In this document: one piece after another, positions 1 through 8,447 of the stretch
Numbering within the stretch: the stretch's first letter is position 1
Layout: each line of letters begins with the position of its first letter
Assembly (NCBI GenBank): GCA_030017615.1
Contig: JASEIG010000002.1
Span: 11,980 to 75,979 of the forward strand
Direction of reading: 5' to 3'
DNA: 64,000 nt
Origin: Patescibacteria group bacterium
Lineage (GTDB): Bacteria; Patescibacteriota; Minisyncoccia; UBA6257; UBA9933
Position numbers and translations under genes: made by a program
Notes under the pieces: model-generated
What the model was told of the DNA's origin: nothing
Databases searched by the model: none
Seen by the model: only the letters and a program-made list of their open reading frames with translations

Positions 1-379
1 ATTAAACAAAATTAAAAACGCGCAGATGGCGGGAAAAGAAAATTTAAAAATTTTGTATTCTAAAAACGATGAGCATGTTCTGGATATTTTGGCAAATTAT
101 AAATTTATCAAGCATTTTGAAAAAAAAGGCAGAGGCGTGAAAAAATATTTAGATATCAAACTTAACTACCACGTTCACAATCATATTAAAAAAGGCGCCA
201 TTGAAGGGATAAAAATTTTAAGCAATCCCGGCCGTCATCTTTACGTTGGATATGCGAACATTAGGCCAATAAAAAGCGGGTATGGGCTTTTAGTATTGTC
301 CACACCCGAAGGTATAATGGTCGGGAAAGAAGCCAAAAGAAAAAAAATAGGAGGAGAATTAATGTTTGAAATATGGTAA
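1..379 (+). CDS. rpsH: 30S ribosomal protein S8, 5'-partial (gene starts upstream of window; frame is open back to position 2)
   Basis: C-terminus ...GGELMFEIW matches the S8 signature GGE(I/V)xCYVW. The in-frame upstream sequence LNKIKNAQ resembles S8 IRNGQ. Followed by rplF. Confidence 0.85.
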   Translation, partial: LNKIKNAQMAGKENLKILYSKNDEHVLDILANYKFIKHFEKKGRGVKKYLDIKLNYHVHNHIKKGAIEGIKILSNPGRHLYVGYANIRPIKSGYGLLVLSTPEGIMVGKEAKRKKIGGELMFEIW

Positions 380-479
380 TAAAGTAATCACCAACACACA
401 AATCAAACGCAAATACACAAATATACGAACTTCGCGTTATTAAAGTTATTAAATAAAAATTCGTATATTCGCGAATACC

Positions 480-1049
480 ATGAGTAAAATAGGAAAAAAA
501 CCGATTATAATACCAGAAGGCATAACTGTTGAAAAAAAAGACGGTGTTTTGGAAATTAAAAAAGAAAATCAGATTTTAATTGTGAACGCGCTTCCTTACA
601 TTGTTATTGAATTTACAGCCATTAAAGAAGATGATAAGTCAAAAAACGCGGTTGTTTTTAAGCCAAACAGTAATTTAAAGCAGGCAACCGCAAATTGGGG
701 CACAATAAGAGCGTTAACGCAAAACGCGATCGACGGCCTTACGAAAGGATTTATTAAAAAATTGGAAATCGAAGGAATAGGATATAGGGCAAACATAGAA
801 GGGGAAAATTTAATTTTAAATATCGGATATTCACATCCCGTAAAATATATTCCCAAAAAAGGAATTAAAATTTCCATTGAAAAAAATGTAATTATAATTT
901 CAGGAAATGAAAAGGCGTTAGTGGGACAAACCGCCGCTGAAATCAGGGCGATTAAAAAACCGGAACCCTATAAAGGAAAGGGAATTAGATATCAGGGTGA
1001 AATAATTAAAAAGAAAGCCGGGAAAAAAGCCGGAACGGCAATAAAGTAA
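480..1049 (+). CDS. rplF: 50S ribosomal protein L6
   Basis: Two L6 alpha/beta repeats. Sits in the S8-L6-L18-S5 order. Confidence 0.9.
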   Translation: MSKIGKKPIIIPEGITVEKKDGVLEIKKENQILIVNALPYIVIEFTAIKEDDKSKNAVVFKPNSNLKQATANWGTIRALTQNAIDGLTKGFIKKLEIEGIGYRANIEGENLILNIGYSHPVKYIPKKGIKISIEKNVIIISGNEKALVGQTAAEIRAIKKPEPYKGKGIRYQGEIIKKKAGKKAGTAIK

Positions 1050-1089
1050 ATTTATAAAACATAAAACCTGAAACATAAAATAAAAACTG

Positions 1090-1461
1090 ATGAAAAAAGA
1101 TAAAATAAAAAATAAAATAACAGAAAGAAGAAAAAAAAGAGTTCGCTCTAAGATTTTAGGAACTCTGATAAAACCGCGACTCTCTATTTTTAGAAGCAAT
1201 AAATTTACTTATGCTCAACTCATAGACGATATTAACGGAAAAACATTAGCAAGCGTGTCAACCAGAAAAATATCGGGAAAAAATAAAAAAGAAACAGGGA
1301 AAGGGAAACAATCAATAGCGGAACAGTTGGGAGAATTAATTTTTAAAAAGGCCGCAGAAAAAAATATAACTTCAGCGGTTTTTGACAGAGGAAGTTATAA
1401 TTATCACGGTCGCGTAAAAGCAGTGGCTGAAAGCGCCAGAAAAGCGGGGTTAAAAATATAA
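1090..1461 (+). CDS. rplR: 50S ribosomal protein L18
   Basis: Basic N-terminus; C-terminal FDRGSYNYHGRVKAVAESARKAGLKI is the L18 signature. Confidence 0.9.
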   Translation: MKKDKIKNKITERRKKRVRSKILGTLIKPRLSIFRSNKFTYAQLIDDINGKTLASVSTRKISGKNKKETGKGKQSIAEQLGELIFKKAAEKNITSAVFDRGSYNYHGRVKAVAESARKAGLKI

Positions 1462-1472
1462 AACAATAAATT

Positions 1473-1991
1473 ATGGAAAGACACATTAGAATAAAATCGG
1501 AATATAAAGAAAAAGTGCTTGATTTAAGACGCGTAACACGCGTTGTTGCCGGAGGAAAAAGAATGAGCTTTAGAGCCACCGTTGTTGTGGGTGATGAAAA
1601 AGGAAAAGTCGGATTAGGTGTTTCAAAAGGGCTTGATGTGGCTCAAGCGGTTGATAAAGCGAAAACGAAAGCGAAAAAAAATATAGTTCATATTATTTTA
1701 AAAGGAAGAACTATTCCCCACGAAGTAAGGGCGAAATATAGCGCGGCTTCGGTTTTAATTAAGCCGGCCAAACTGGGGCATGGTCTTAAAGCGGGAGGAG
1801 CCGTTCGAAATATTTTACTGTTATGCGGAATTAAGGATGCCACCGCAAAAACGCTTGGCGCGACAAAAAATAAACTTACGACAGCTATGGCCGCGCTCAA
1901 CGCGTTAAAATCAATTAAATCCACGCCTGTTATGGAAAAAACAAAGCACGAAAAAATATCCGAGAAAGAAAAGGAAAAAGAAAATCAATAA
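1473..1991 (+). CDS. rpsE: 30S ribosomal protein S5
   Basis: RVTRVVAGGKRMSFRATVVVGDEKGKVGLGVSKG... is the S5 dsRBD plus C-terminal domain. Confidence 0.92.
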   Translation: MERHIRIKSEYKEKVLDLRRVTRVVAGGKRMSFRATVVVGDEKGKVGLGVSKGLDVAQAVDKAKTKAKKNIVHIILKGRTIPHEVRAKYSAASVLIKPAKLGHGLKAGGAVRNILLLCGIKDATAKTLGATKNKLTTAMAALNALKSIKSTPVMEKTKHEKISEKEKEKENQ

Positions 1992-1992
1992 T

Positions 1993-2409
1993 ATGCAAAT
2001 ACATCAATTAAAATCAAAAAATGTCTCAAAACAAAAACGAGTGGGACGAGGGGGAAAAAGAGGGGCTTTTTCCGGACACGGGACTAAGGGACAAAAATCA
2101 AGAGCCGGACATAAAATCAGACCGGATGTCCGGGATTTGATTATCCGATTGCCGAAACTAAAGGGGTTTAAAAATAAACCTTTATTTGACAATCCGGTTG
2201 CGGTTAATCTTTTAGATATTGAAAAACGCATGAAAGAAAATTTTATTACTCTTGAATCATTGATAAAAAACGGATTAATCCGCAAATCTGAAAAAAATGT
2301 TAAAATTTTATCTAAGGGAGATATTAGCAAAGCTTTTAATTTTAAAGGATTGAAAGTTTCGCAAAAAGCAAAAGAAAAGATCGAAAAAGCCGGCGGGAAA
2401 GTAGAATAA
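1993..2409 (+). CDS. rplO: 50S ribosomal protein L15 (directly after S5; no rpmD/L30 between them)
   Basis: KRVGRGGKRGAFSGHGTKGQKSRAG glycine-rich L15 N-terminus. Confidence 0.9.
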   Translation: MQIHQLKSKNVSKQKRVGRGGKRGAFSGHGTKGQKSRAGHKIRPDVRDLIIRLPKLKGFKNKPLFDNPVAVNLLDIEKRMKENFITLESLIKNGLIRKSEKNVKILSKGDISKAFNFKGLKVSQKAKEKIEKAGGKVE

Positions 2410-2488
2410 ACGGCGCCAATACGCGAATGCGCGCGAATTTACAAATCTTATTAGCGTCATTTGAATCAATTCGTAATCAGTATTTTAA

Positions 2489-3751
2489 ATGAATAAATTT
2501 CTTCAAATTTTTAAAATTAAGGATATTAGAACTAAAGTTTTAATAGTCGCCGGTTTATTGGTGGCGACGCGCGTTTTAGCCGCAATCCCGATTCCAGGAA
2601 TTGACGCTTTAAAATTAAAACAGTTTTTTGATACAAACCAGCTTTTTAATTTTTTGGGTTTAATGGCGGGCGGCGCTATGAGCAATCTTTCAATTGTGAT
2701 GCTTGCAATCGGGCCGTATATCACGGCGACGATTATTATGCAACTTCTAACAATGATCTTTCCGAAATTGAAAGAAATTTATTATGAAGAAGGCAGCGCC
2801 GGCCGGGCAAAATTTAACAGATATTCTCGTTTGCTTACCGTGCCGCTGGCGGCTTTGCAAGCGTACACTTTTTTAAATCTTCTGGCTTCGCAAGGGGTCC
2901 TTTCATATATGAATCGGTTTGACACGATTAGGGACGTTATAATTATTACCGCGGGTTCTATGGTAATGATGTGGTTGGGTGAAATTATCACCGAACAAAA
3001 AATAGGAAACGGAATTTCTCTGATAATTTTTGCCGGTATCGTGGCGCAATTGCCCGACACAATCGGAAGGATTATCAAAACTTATAACCCGTCCGAATTG
3101 CTTACTTATATCGCATTTGCGGCTGTTTCAGTTCTTGTTATCGCGGGTGTGGTGTATATAAATGAAGGTGAAAGAAAAATTCCTGTTTCATATGCAAAAC
3201 AGGTGAGAGGAAATAAAATGTACGGCGGGGTTTTAAGCTATCTCCCAATTAAAGTAAACCAAGCTGGAGTTATTCCGATAATTTTTGCGATTTCAGTTTT
3301 GCTTTTCCCGCAGTTTTTAGCTCAGGTAAGCGCGGTAATTTCCAAAGGTTTTTCGTTAAAATTAACCGGCTTTGTAACCGCCTTTTTAAATAATCAGTAT
3401 ATTTACACCATTATTTATTTTATACTGGTGGCGTTATTCACGTATTTTTATACCGCGGTTACTTTTGACCCAAGCGAAATTTCAAAAAATCTTCAAAGAT
3501 CGGGGGGTTTTATAACAGGAATAAGGCCGGGACAATCAACTACGCAATTTTTAGGGAAAATTATAAATAGAATTACTTTTTGGGGCGCGGTATTTTTGGG
3601 ATTAATCGCGATATTGCCGAATCTTTTGCGAATCATTACCGGAATTCCGGTTTTGACTATCGGAGGGACGGCGATCTTGATTGTGGTGTCGGTGGCTTTG
3701 GAAACTTTGAGACAAATTGACTCACAACTTGTTATCAGAGCGTATGAGTAA
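2489..3751 (+). CDS. secY: preprotein translocase subunit SecY
   Basis: Ten TM helices and conserved SecY plug/hinge regions. Sits after rplO. Confidence 0.92.
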   Translation: MNKFLQIFKIKDIRTKVLIVAGLLVATRVLAAIPIPGIDALKLKQFFDTNQLFNFLGLMAGGAMSNLSIVMLAIGPYITATIIMQLLTMIFPKLKEIYYEEGSAGRAKFNRYSRLLTVPLAALQAYTFLNLLASQGVLSYMNRFDTIRDVIIITAGSMVMMWLGEIITEQKIGNGISLIIFAGIVAQLPDTIGRIIKTYNPSELLTYIAFAAVSVLVIAGVVYINEGERKIPVSYAKQVRGNKMYGGVLSYLPIKVNQAGVIPIIFAISVLLFPQFLAQVSAVISKGFSLKLTGFVTAFLNNQYIYTIIYFILVALFTYFYTAVTFDPSEISKNLQRSGGFITGIRPGQSTTQFLGKIINRITFWGAVFLGLIAILPNLLRIITGIPVLTIGGTAILIVVSVALETLRQIDSQLVIRAYE

Positions 3752-3801
3752 TTTAACTAATTAGCGAATTAGTAAATCAGAAAGAAAAGCAATTAATTAA
3801 A

Positions 3802-3838
3802 CCGGCACACTATCAAGCGTGATAGTGTGCCGGTTTTT
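3802..3838 (+). terminator. Rho-independent terminator after secY (13-bp stem CCGGCACACTATC / GATAGTGTGCCGG followed by TTTTT)
   Basis: Perfect inverted repeat followed by a T-run, read directly. Confidence 0.8.
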
Positions 3839-3872
3839 GATTTTGAACAAAGTTGGTTTATAATTAATTTTA

Positions 3873-4589
3873 ATGAAAAAATTATCTAAAATCGCGATAA
3901 TAATTTACGGAGTGCCCGGATCGGGAAAAGGAACCCAAGCAAAACTTTTGGCGGATAAATTTGGTTTATTCCAGTTTGATACGGGAGATTACTTAAGAAA
4001 AATATTTAAAGACTTAAGGTTTAAAAAAAATAAAGAGATTCAGAAAGAAAAGAAATTAAACGAATTTGGAAAATTAAATTCTCCGGAATGGGTGTTGAAA
4101 ATTGTCAGCCAAAAAACAAAAGAATTGTCCGAAAACGGAGAATCGGTTGTTTTCAGCGGTTCGCCCAGAACTTTATTTGAAACTTTTGGAAATAATAAGA
4201 AAGCGGGATTAATGAAAATTTTAGAAAAAGAATATGGAAAAAATAATATCTATATTTTTGTGCTGGATATTCTGGAAGAAGAATCAATAAAACGCAATTC
4301 AAACAGATCGGTTTGCTCGATCTGCAAAACTCCGTTAATGGGCCAACAATTCCGACGCAAGGTTGGAATCAAAAATCAACAACCAAAAATTTGCCCTTTT
4401 TGCGGCGGGAAAATAGAACACAGAATTGACGATAAAAAAAATATTATTACGGCAAGATTGAAAGAATATCAAATAAGAACCCAGCCGATTTTCACTGAAC
4501 TTAAAAAGAAAAAATACAAAATTTTCCATATTGACGGGATGCCGTCCCCGTATAAAATTCACGAAAAAATAATTTCTTATTTTAAATGA
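3873..4589 (+). CDS. adk: adenylate kinase with a zinc-binding LID (CxxC...CxxC) and an extra insertion in the NMP-binding domain
   Basis: P-loop GVPGSGKGTQA; LID cysteines CSIC...CPFC; stop overlaps the map start (ATGA). Confidence 0.88.
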   Translation: MKKLSKIAIIIYGVPGSGKGTQAKLLADKFGLFQFDTGDYLRKIFKDLRFKKNKEIQKEKKLNEFGKLNSPEWVLKIVSQKTKELSENGESVVFSGSPRTLFETFGNNKKAGLMKILEKEYGKNNIYIFVLDILEEESIKRNSNRSVCSICKTPLMGQQFRRKVGIKNQQPKICPFCGGKIEHRIDDKKNIITARLKEYQIRTQPIFTELKKKKYKIFHIDGMPSPYKIHEKIISYFK

Positions 4590-5347
4590 TAAATATTTAT
4601 TCCGAACAGGAAATAAAAGAAATCTCCAAATCGGGAAAAATATTAGCAGAGGTTTTTCAAATAATTAAAAAGGAAATAAAAACCGGGGTGAGCTTAAAAC
4701 AACTGGATGAAATCGCTTTTCAGATAACCAATGAATTAGGAGCTACATCTGCCTTTTTGGGTTATAAACCGGAGGGCGCCAGAGAACCTTATCAGGCTTC
4801 AATTTGCGCTTCGGTAAACAATGTTATAGTTCATGGGTTTCCGACAGATCGCAAGGTAAAATCAGGAGATATTTTGAAAATTGATTTTGGAGTTAATTAT
4901 AAGGGTTTTTATTCGGATGCGGCTTTTACGGCAATGGTCGGTAGAGCACCCAATGAATCGGCTAAAAACCTCGTTAAAGCCGCTCAAAAGGCATTAGAAC
5001 AGGCCATAAAGCGGATTAAGCCGGGAAATCATATAGGCGATATCGGAGCCGCCATAGAGGCTGTGGCAAAGAAATATAAAGTAAAAGTAATTAAAGGATT
5101 AACAGGACATGGAATTGGATATAAATTACACGAAGACCCGATTATTTATAATTATGGCAATAAAGGAGAAGGATTTAAGATTAAGGCAGGAATGGTTTTT
5201 GCGGTTGAACCGATGTTTGCTGAAAAATCAGAAGATATTATTCAACTAAAAGACGAAAGTTGGGCAACACGCGACGGCAGTTTATCCGCCCATTTTGAGC
5301 ACACGATAGCTGTCACAAGCGACGGAAGCAGGGTATTGACCTTGTAG
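4586..5347 (+). CDS. map: methionine aminopeptidase type I
   Basis: Metal-ligand motifs (D...D...H...E...E pattern; VHGFP, DFG, FAVEPM, EHT). Confidence 0.9.
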   Translation: MINIYSEQEIKEISKSGKILAEVFQIIKKEIKTGVSLKQLDEIAFQITNELGATSAFLGYKPEGAREPYQASICASVNNVIVHGFPTDRKVKSGDILKIDFGVNYKGFYSDAAFTAMVGRAPNESAKNLVKAAQKALEQAIKRIKPGNHIGDIGAAIEAVAKKYKVKVIKGLTGHGIGYKLHEDPIIYNYGNKGEGFKIKAGMVFAVEPMFAEKSEDIIQLKDESWATRDGSLSAHFEHTIAVTSDGSRVLTL

Positions 5348-5421
5348 TAAAATTTAGTAAGCGGTTAAATAAAAATAAGGAGGATAAATTATTTGCCTTA
5401 AATTTTAAAATTTTGTTATAA

Positions 5422-6186
5422 TTGCAAAAATCAATGAAAAATTCCGTATATTTGTCGGTTATAATACCGGCTTACAACGAAGCAAAAAGAATATCTCTCA
5501 CATTAATTGATGTTAATAAGCACTTGTCAAAGGCAAATTTCACGTACGAAATTATTGTTGTTGATAATAATTCAAAAGACGCTACTAAGGAAATTGCTGA
5601 AAGATTTTCGCATATTATAAAAAATCTGCGGGTTATAGAATGTCCTATACAAGGAAAAGCGAATGCCGTAAAAATGGGAATGTTAAGCGCGAAAGGCGAT
5701 ATTCGCTTATTTACGGACGCCGATAATTCAACCTCAATAGACCAGGTTTACAAAATGTTTCCTTATTTTGAAAAAGGGTATAATATAGTGATTGGTTCGC
5801 GTGATGTTGAGGAAGCAAAACTTATTCCTTCGCAACCGTGGTATCGTCGCTTAGGAGGAAATATCGGAAATTTGGTTATCCAAGCTTTGCTCTTGCCGGG
5901 AATCTGGGATACGCAATGCGGATTTAAAGCTTTAACTGCGGAAGTTGCGGAAAAAATATTTTCTATGGCCAAAATAAGAGGTTGGGGTTTTGACGCGGAA
6001 ATTTTAGCTTTAGCCAAAACACTCGGCTATAAAATAAAAGAAATTCCGGTTGTTTGGGTAAACAGCCCATTTTCACACGTCAAAGCTTCGGCATACCTTG
6101 AAGTTTTGTGGGAAGTCTTTAAAATTAGGTGGTGGCTGACAACTAATCGTTATAAAATTAGAAAAGCGCGCGAAACCGTAAAATAA
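5422..6186 (+). CDS. family-2 glycosyltransferase (polyprenol-phosphate sugar transferase / DPM1-GtrB-like)
   Basis: N-terminal VIIPAYNE ... VVDNNSKD ... DAD motifs of GT-A fold GT2 enzymes. Confidence 0.75.
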   Translation: MQKSMKNSVYLSVIIPAYNEAKRISLTLIDVNKHLSKANFTYEIIVVDNNSKDATKEIAERFSHIIKNLRVIECPIQGKANAVKMGMLSAKGDIRLFTDADNSTSIDQVYKMFPYFEKGYNIVIGSRDVEEAKLIPSQPWYRRLGGNIGNLVIQALLLPGIWDTQCGFKALTAEVAEKIFSMAKIRGWGFDAEILALAKTLGYKIKEIPVVWVNSPFSHVKASAYLEVLWEVFKIRWWLTTNRYKIRKARETVK

Positions 6187-6203
6187 TCGGCATCGGCGGC
6201 AAA

Positions 6204-6728
6204 ATGCCAAAATTGCAATTAATTGTCCAAACGGCTTCGGGTAGTTTTCAGTTTTGTAATTTCCGGATTGTGGCAAAACATTATTTAACAAAAGAAAAAT
6301 TTGAAGAATTTAAAAAAATTCTTGAGCAGTTAAAAACCGAGGGTAGAATGGAAATTGCCGACAGACTAAAAAAAGCGAAGGAATATGGAGACCTTTCGGA
6401 AAATGCCGAATATTCCGAAGCTAAAGAAGCTCAATCAAATATTGAAAATAAAATTATAGAGATTGAAAACATCATTAGAAACAGCGTGATTATAAAAAAA
6501 TCCGCCGGCGGTGCGACTGTTGAAATCGGCGCGACCGTCAAAGTTGAAAAAAACGGCAACGAGTTTGAATACACTATTACCGGTTCAAACGAAGCTGACC
6601 CGGAAAAAAATTTAATTTCAAACGAATCTCCTTTAGGCAGGGCGTTTTTGGGTAAAAAAGTCGGCGAAAAAATTGAAGTGGAAACCCCAAAGGGAAAACA
6701 AATCTATAAAATTTTGGAGATAAAATAG
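6204..6728 (+). CDS. greA: transcription elongation factor GreA (true start probably the internal GTG near 6270)
   Basis: Coiled-coil N-terminal domain with YGDLSENAEYSEAKEAQ, plus an FKBP-like C-terminal domain. Confidence 0.88.
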   Translation: MPKLQLIVQTASGSFQFCNFRIVAKHYLTKEKFEEFKKILEQLKTEGRMEIADRLKKAKEYGDLSENAEYSEAKEAQSNIENKIIEIENIIRNSVIIKKSAGGATVEIGATVKVEKNGNEFEYTITGSNEADPEKNLISNESPLGRAFLGKKVGEKIEVETPKGKQIYKILEIK

Positions 6729-6746
6729 CCGAAATAAAATTCAATA

Positions 6747-8354
6747 TTGCAAATTACAAAAATGTTTTGGGGAGATAAATATGTCGGGGAAATAAAAAAA
6801 ATACACGAGAAAAAATTAGCGGCAGGCGAACCTTTGATAATTCGCGACGAAAAAACCGCTTCAGGTAAAGTCCATGTGGGGTCTTTGCGCGGCGTTGTAA
6901 TACACGGATTGATTTCCGAGATATTAAACGAGCAAGGCATAAAAAATAAATTTCTTTTTGAAATTAACGACTTTGACCCGATGGACGGATTACCGGTGTA
7001 TCTTGACGAGACAAAATTCAGGCCTCATATAGGCAAACCGCTCTGTAATGTCCCATCTCCTCAGGCAGGTGAAAAAGTAAAAAATTACGCGGAATATTTC
7101 GGCGAAGAATTTGCCGAAGTAATAAATAAAACGGGATTCAAACCGGAATTTTACAAATTAAGCGACCAATATAAAGCCGGAAAATTCAACGAACTTATAA
7201 AAATCGCGTTGGAAAACGCGGATAAAATTCGCCATATTTACAAAAAAATCTCCGGGTCGGAAAAAGGAAATGAATGGATGCCATTGCAGGTGATTTGCGA
7301 AAAATGCGGGAAAATAGGAACCACAAAAGTAATTTCTTTTGACGGAGAGATGGCTGAATATATTTGCGAACCGTCTATGGTTGAATGGGCGCAAGGTTGT
7401 GGGCGCCGCGGAAAAATTTCTCCGTTTAACGGAAACGCAAAACTGCCGTGGAAAGTGGAATGGGCGGCAAAATTTGTTGTATTTGGAGTGGATATTGAAG
7501 GCGCAGGGAAAGATCATTCCGGCAAAGGAGGTTCAAGAGAGATTGCGGATACGATTTGCAAAGAAATTTTTAATGCCAATCCGCCGTTTAATATACCCTA
7601 TGAATTTGTGCATATAAGCGGGGAAAAAATGTCGTCGTCAAAAGGCAGAGGCGCTTTTTCAAAAGATATTGCGGAATTGCTTCCGTTGGAAATGATACGT
7701 CTGCTTATGATTTCAAAAGATCCAAAAAAAGTGATTGATTTTGAACCGGAAAGCGATACCATCCCTGTTTTATACGACTTGAACGACAAAATCGCGGAAG
7801 TTTATTTTAATGGAATTAAAGATGATTATTTTCGGATGTTTGTTTTGTCGCGCGCGCCTGAACAAAGAAAAGATATTCAAAAAAGATTTTTGCCGAGATT
7901 TTCTCAAATCGCTTTTTTAGTTCAAATGCCGCATATGGACATATTTGAAATGATTGAAAAAATAAAAGGCGCGCCTTTGACGCAATTAGATAGGGAAGAG
8001 ATTGAATATCGCGTAAAATACGCGAAGTTTTGGCTCAACACCTACGCGCCCGAGGATTATAAATATGAACTTCAAGAAAACATTCCGCCAGCGGCAAAAA
8101 ACTTTTCCGAAAAACAAAAAGAAGCGCTCAAACTTATTTTGGATTACATAAAATCGCGGGATAAATTGGACGGACAAGAACTGCATACAAAATTCCATGA
8201 AATAAAAGAACAAACTCAAATAGAACCAAAAGAACTTTTTAGCGCTCTGTATTTAAGTATTTTAGGGAAAGAAAGCGGACCGAAAGCCGGTTGGTTTTTA
8301 AGCGTTTTGGATAAAAATTTTTTAATTGAAAGATTGAAGGAAATTATTAAATAA
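6747..8354 (+). CDS. lysK: class-I lysyl-tRNA synthetase (LysK-type)
   Basis: HIGH-type motif SGKVHVGSLRG, KMSSSKG variant of KMSKS, Cys cluster CEKCGK...C; about 535 aa. Assignment to Lys rather than another class-I aaRS is by motif recall only. Confidence 0.55.
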   Translation: MQITKMFWGDKYVGEIKKIHEKKLAAGEPLIIRDEKTASGKVHVGSLRGVVIHGLISEILNEQGIKNKFLFEINDFDPMDGLPVYLDETKFRPHIGKPLCNVPSPQAGEKVKNYAEYFGEEFAEVINKTGFKPEFYKLSDQYKAGKFNELIKIALENADKIRHIYKKISGSEKGNEWMPLQVICEKCGKIGTTKVISFDGEMAEYICEPSMVEWAQGCGRRGKISPFNGNAKLPWKVEWAAKFVVFGVDIEGAGKDHSGKGGSREIADTICKEIFNANPPFNIPYEFVHISGEKMSSSKGRGAFSKDIAELLPLEMIRLLMISKDPKKVIDFEPESDTIPVLYDLNDKIAEVYFNGIKDDYFRMFVLSRAPEQRKDIQKRFLPRFSQIAFLVQMPHMDIFEMIEKIKGAPLTQLDREEIEYRVKYAKFWLNTYAPEDYKYELQENIPPAAKNFSEKQKEALKLILDYIKSRDKLDGQELHTKFHEIKEQTQIEPKELFSALYLSILGKESGPKAGWFLSVLDKNFLIERLKEIIK

Positions 8355-8426
8355 AATGGAACTTATTTTATAAAATCCGTTTTTATTTCAATCTGGCATT
8401 TTAAGCTACGTATTCTTGGTTTATAT

Positions 8427-8434
8427 TGTATACT
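8427..8434 (+). promoter_or_regulatory. extended -10 element TGTATACT about 14 nt upstream of the dnaG ATG (short or leaderless 5' UTR)
   Basis: TGnTATACT motif; the same motif recurs at 19816, 43285 and 61365. Confidence 0.4.
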
Positions 8435-8447
8435 AACTACTACCCCA

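Noticed and set aside
596-877. Antisense ORFs within the ribosomal protein and secY genes (596..877, 918..1199, 1343..1579, 1688..1924, 2004..2330, 2503..2724, 2782..3078)
   Set aside because: All lie antisense to highly conserved, confidently identified genes; they are typical AT-rich genome artefacts.
7339-7617. 92-aa + strand ORF inside lysK in another frame
   Set aside because: Embedded in a conserved aaRS gene; no signals.
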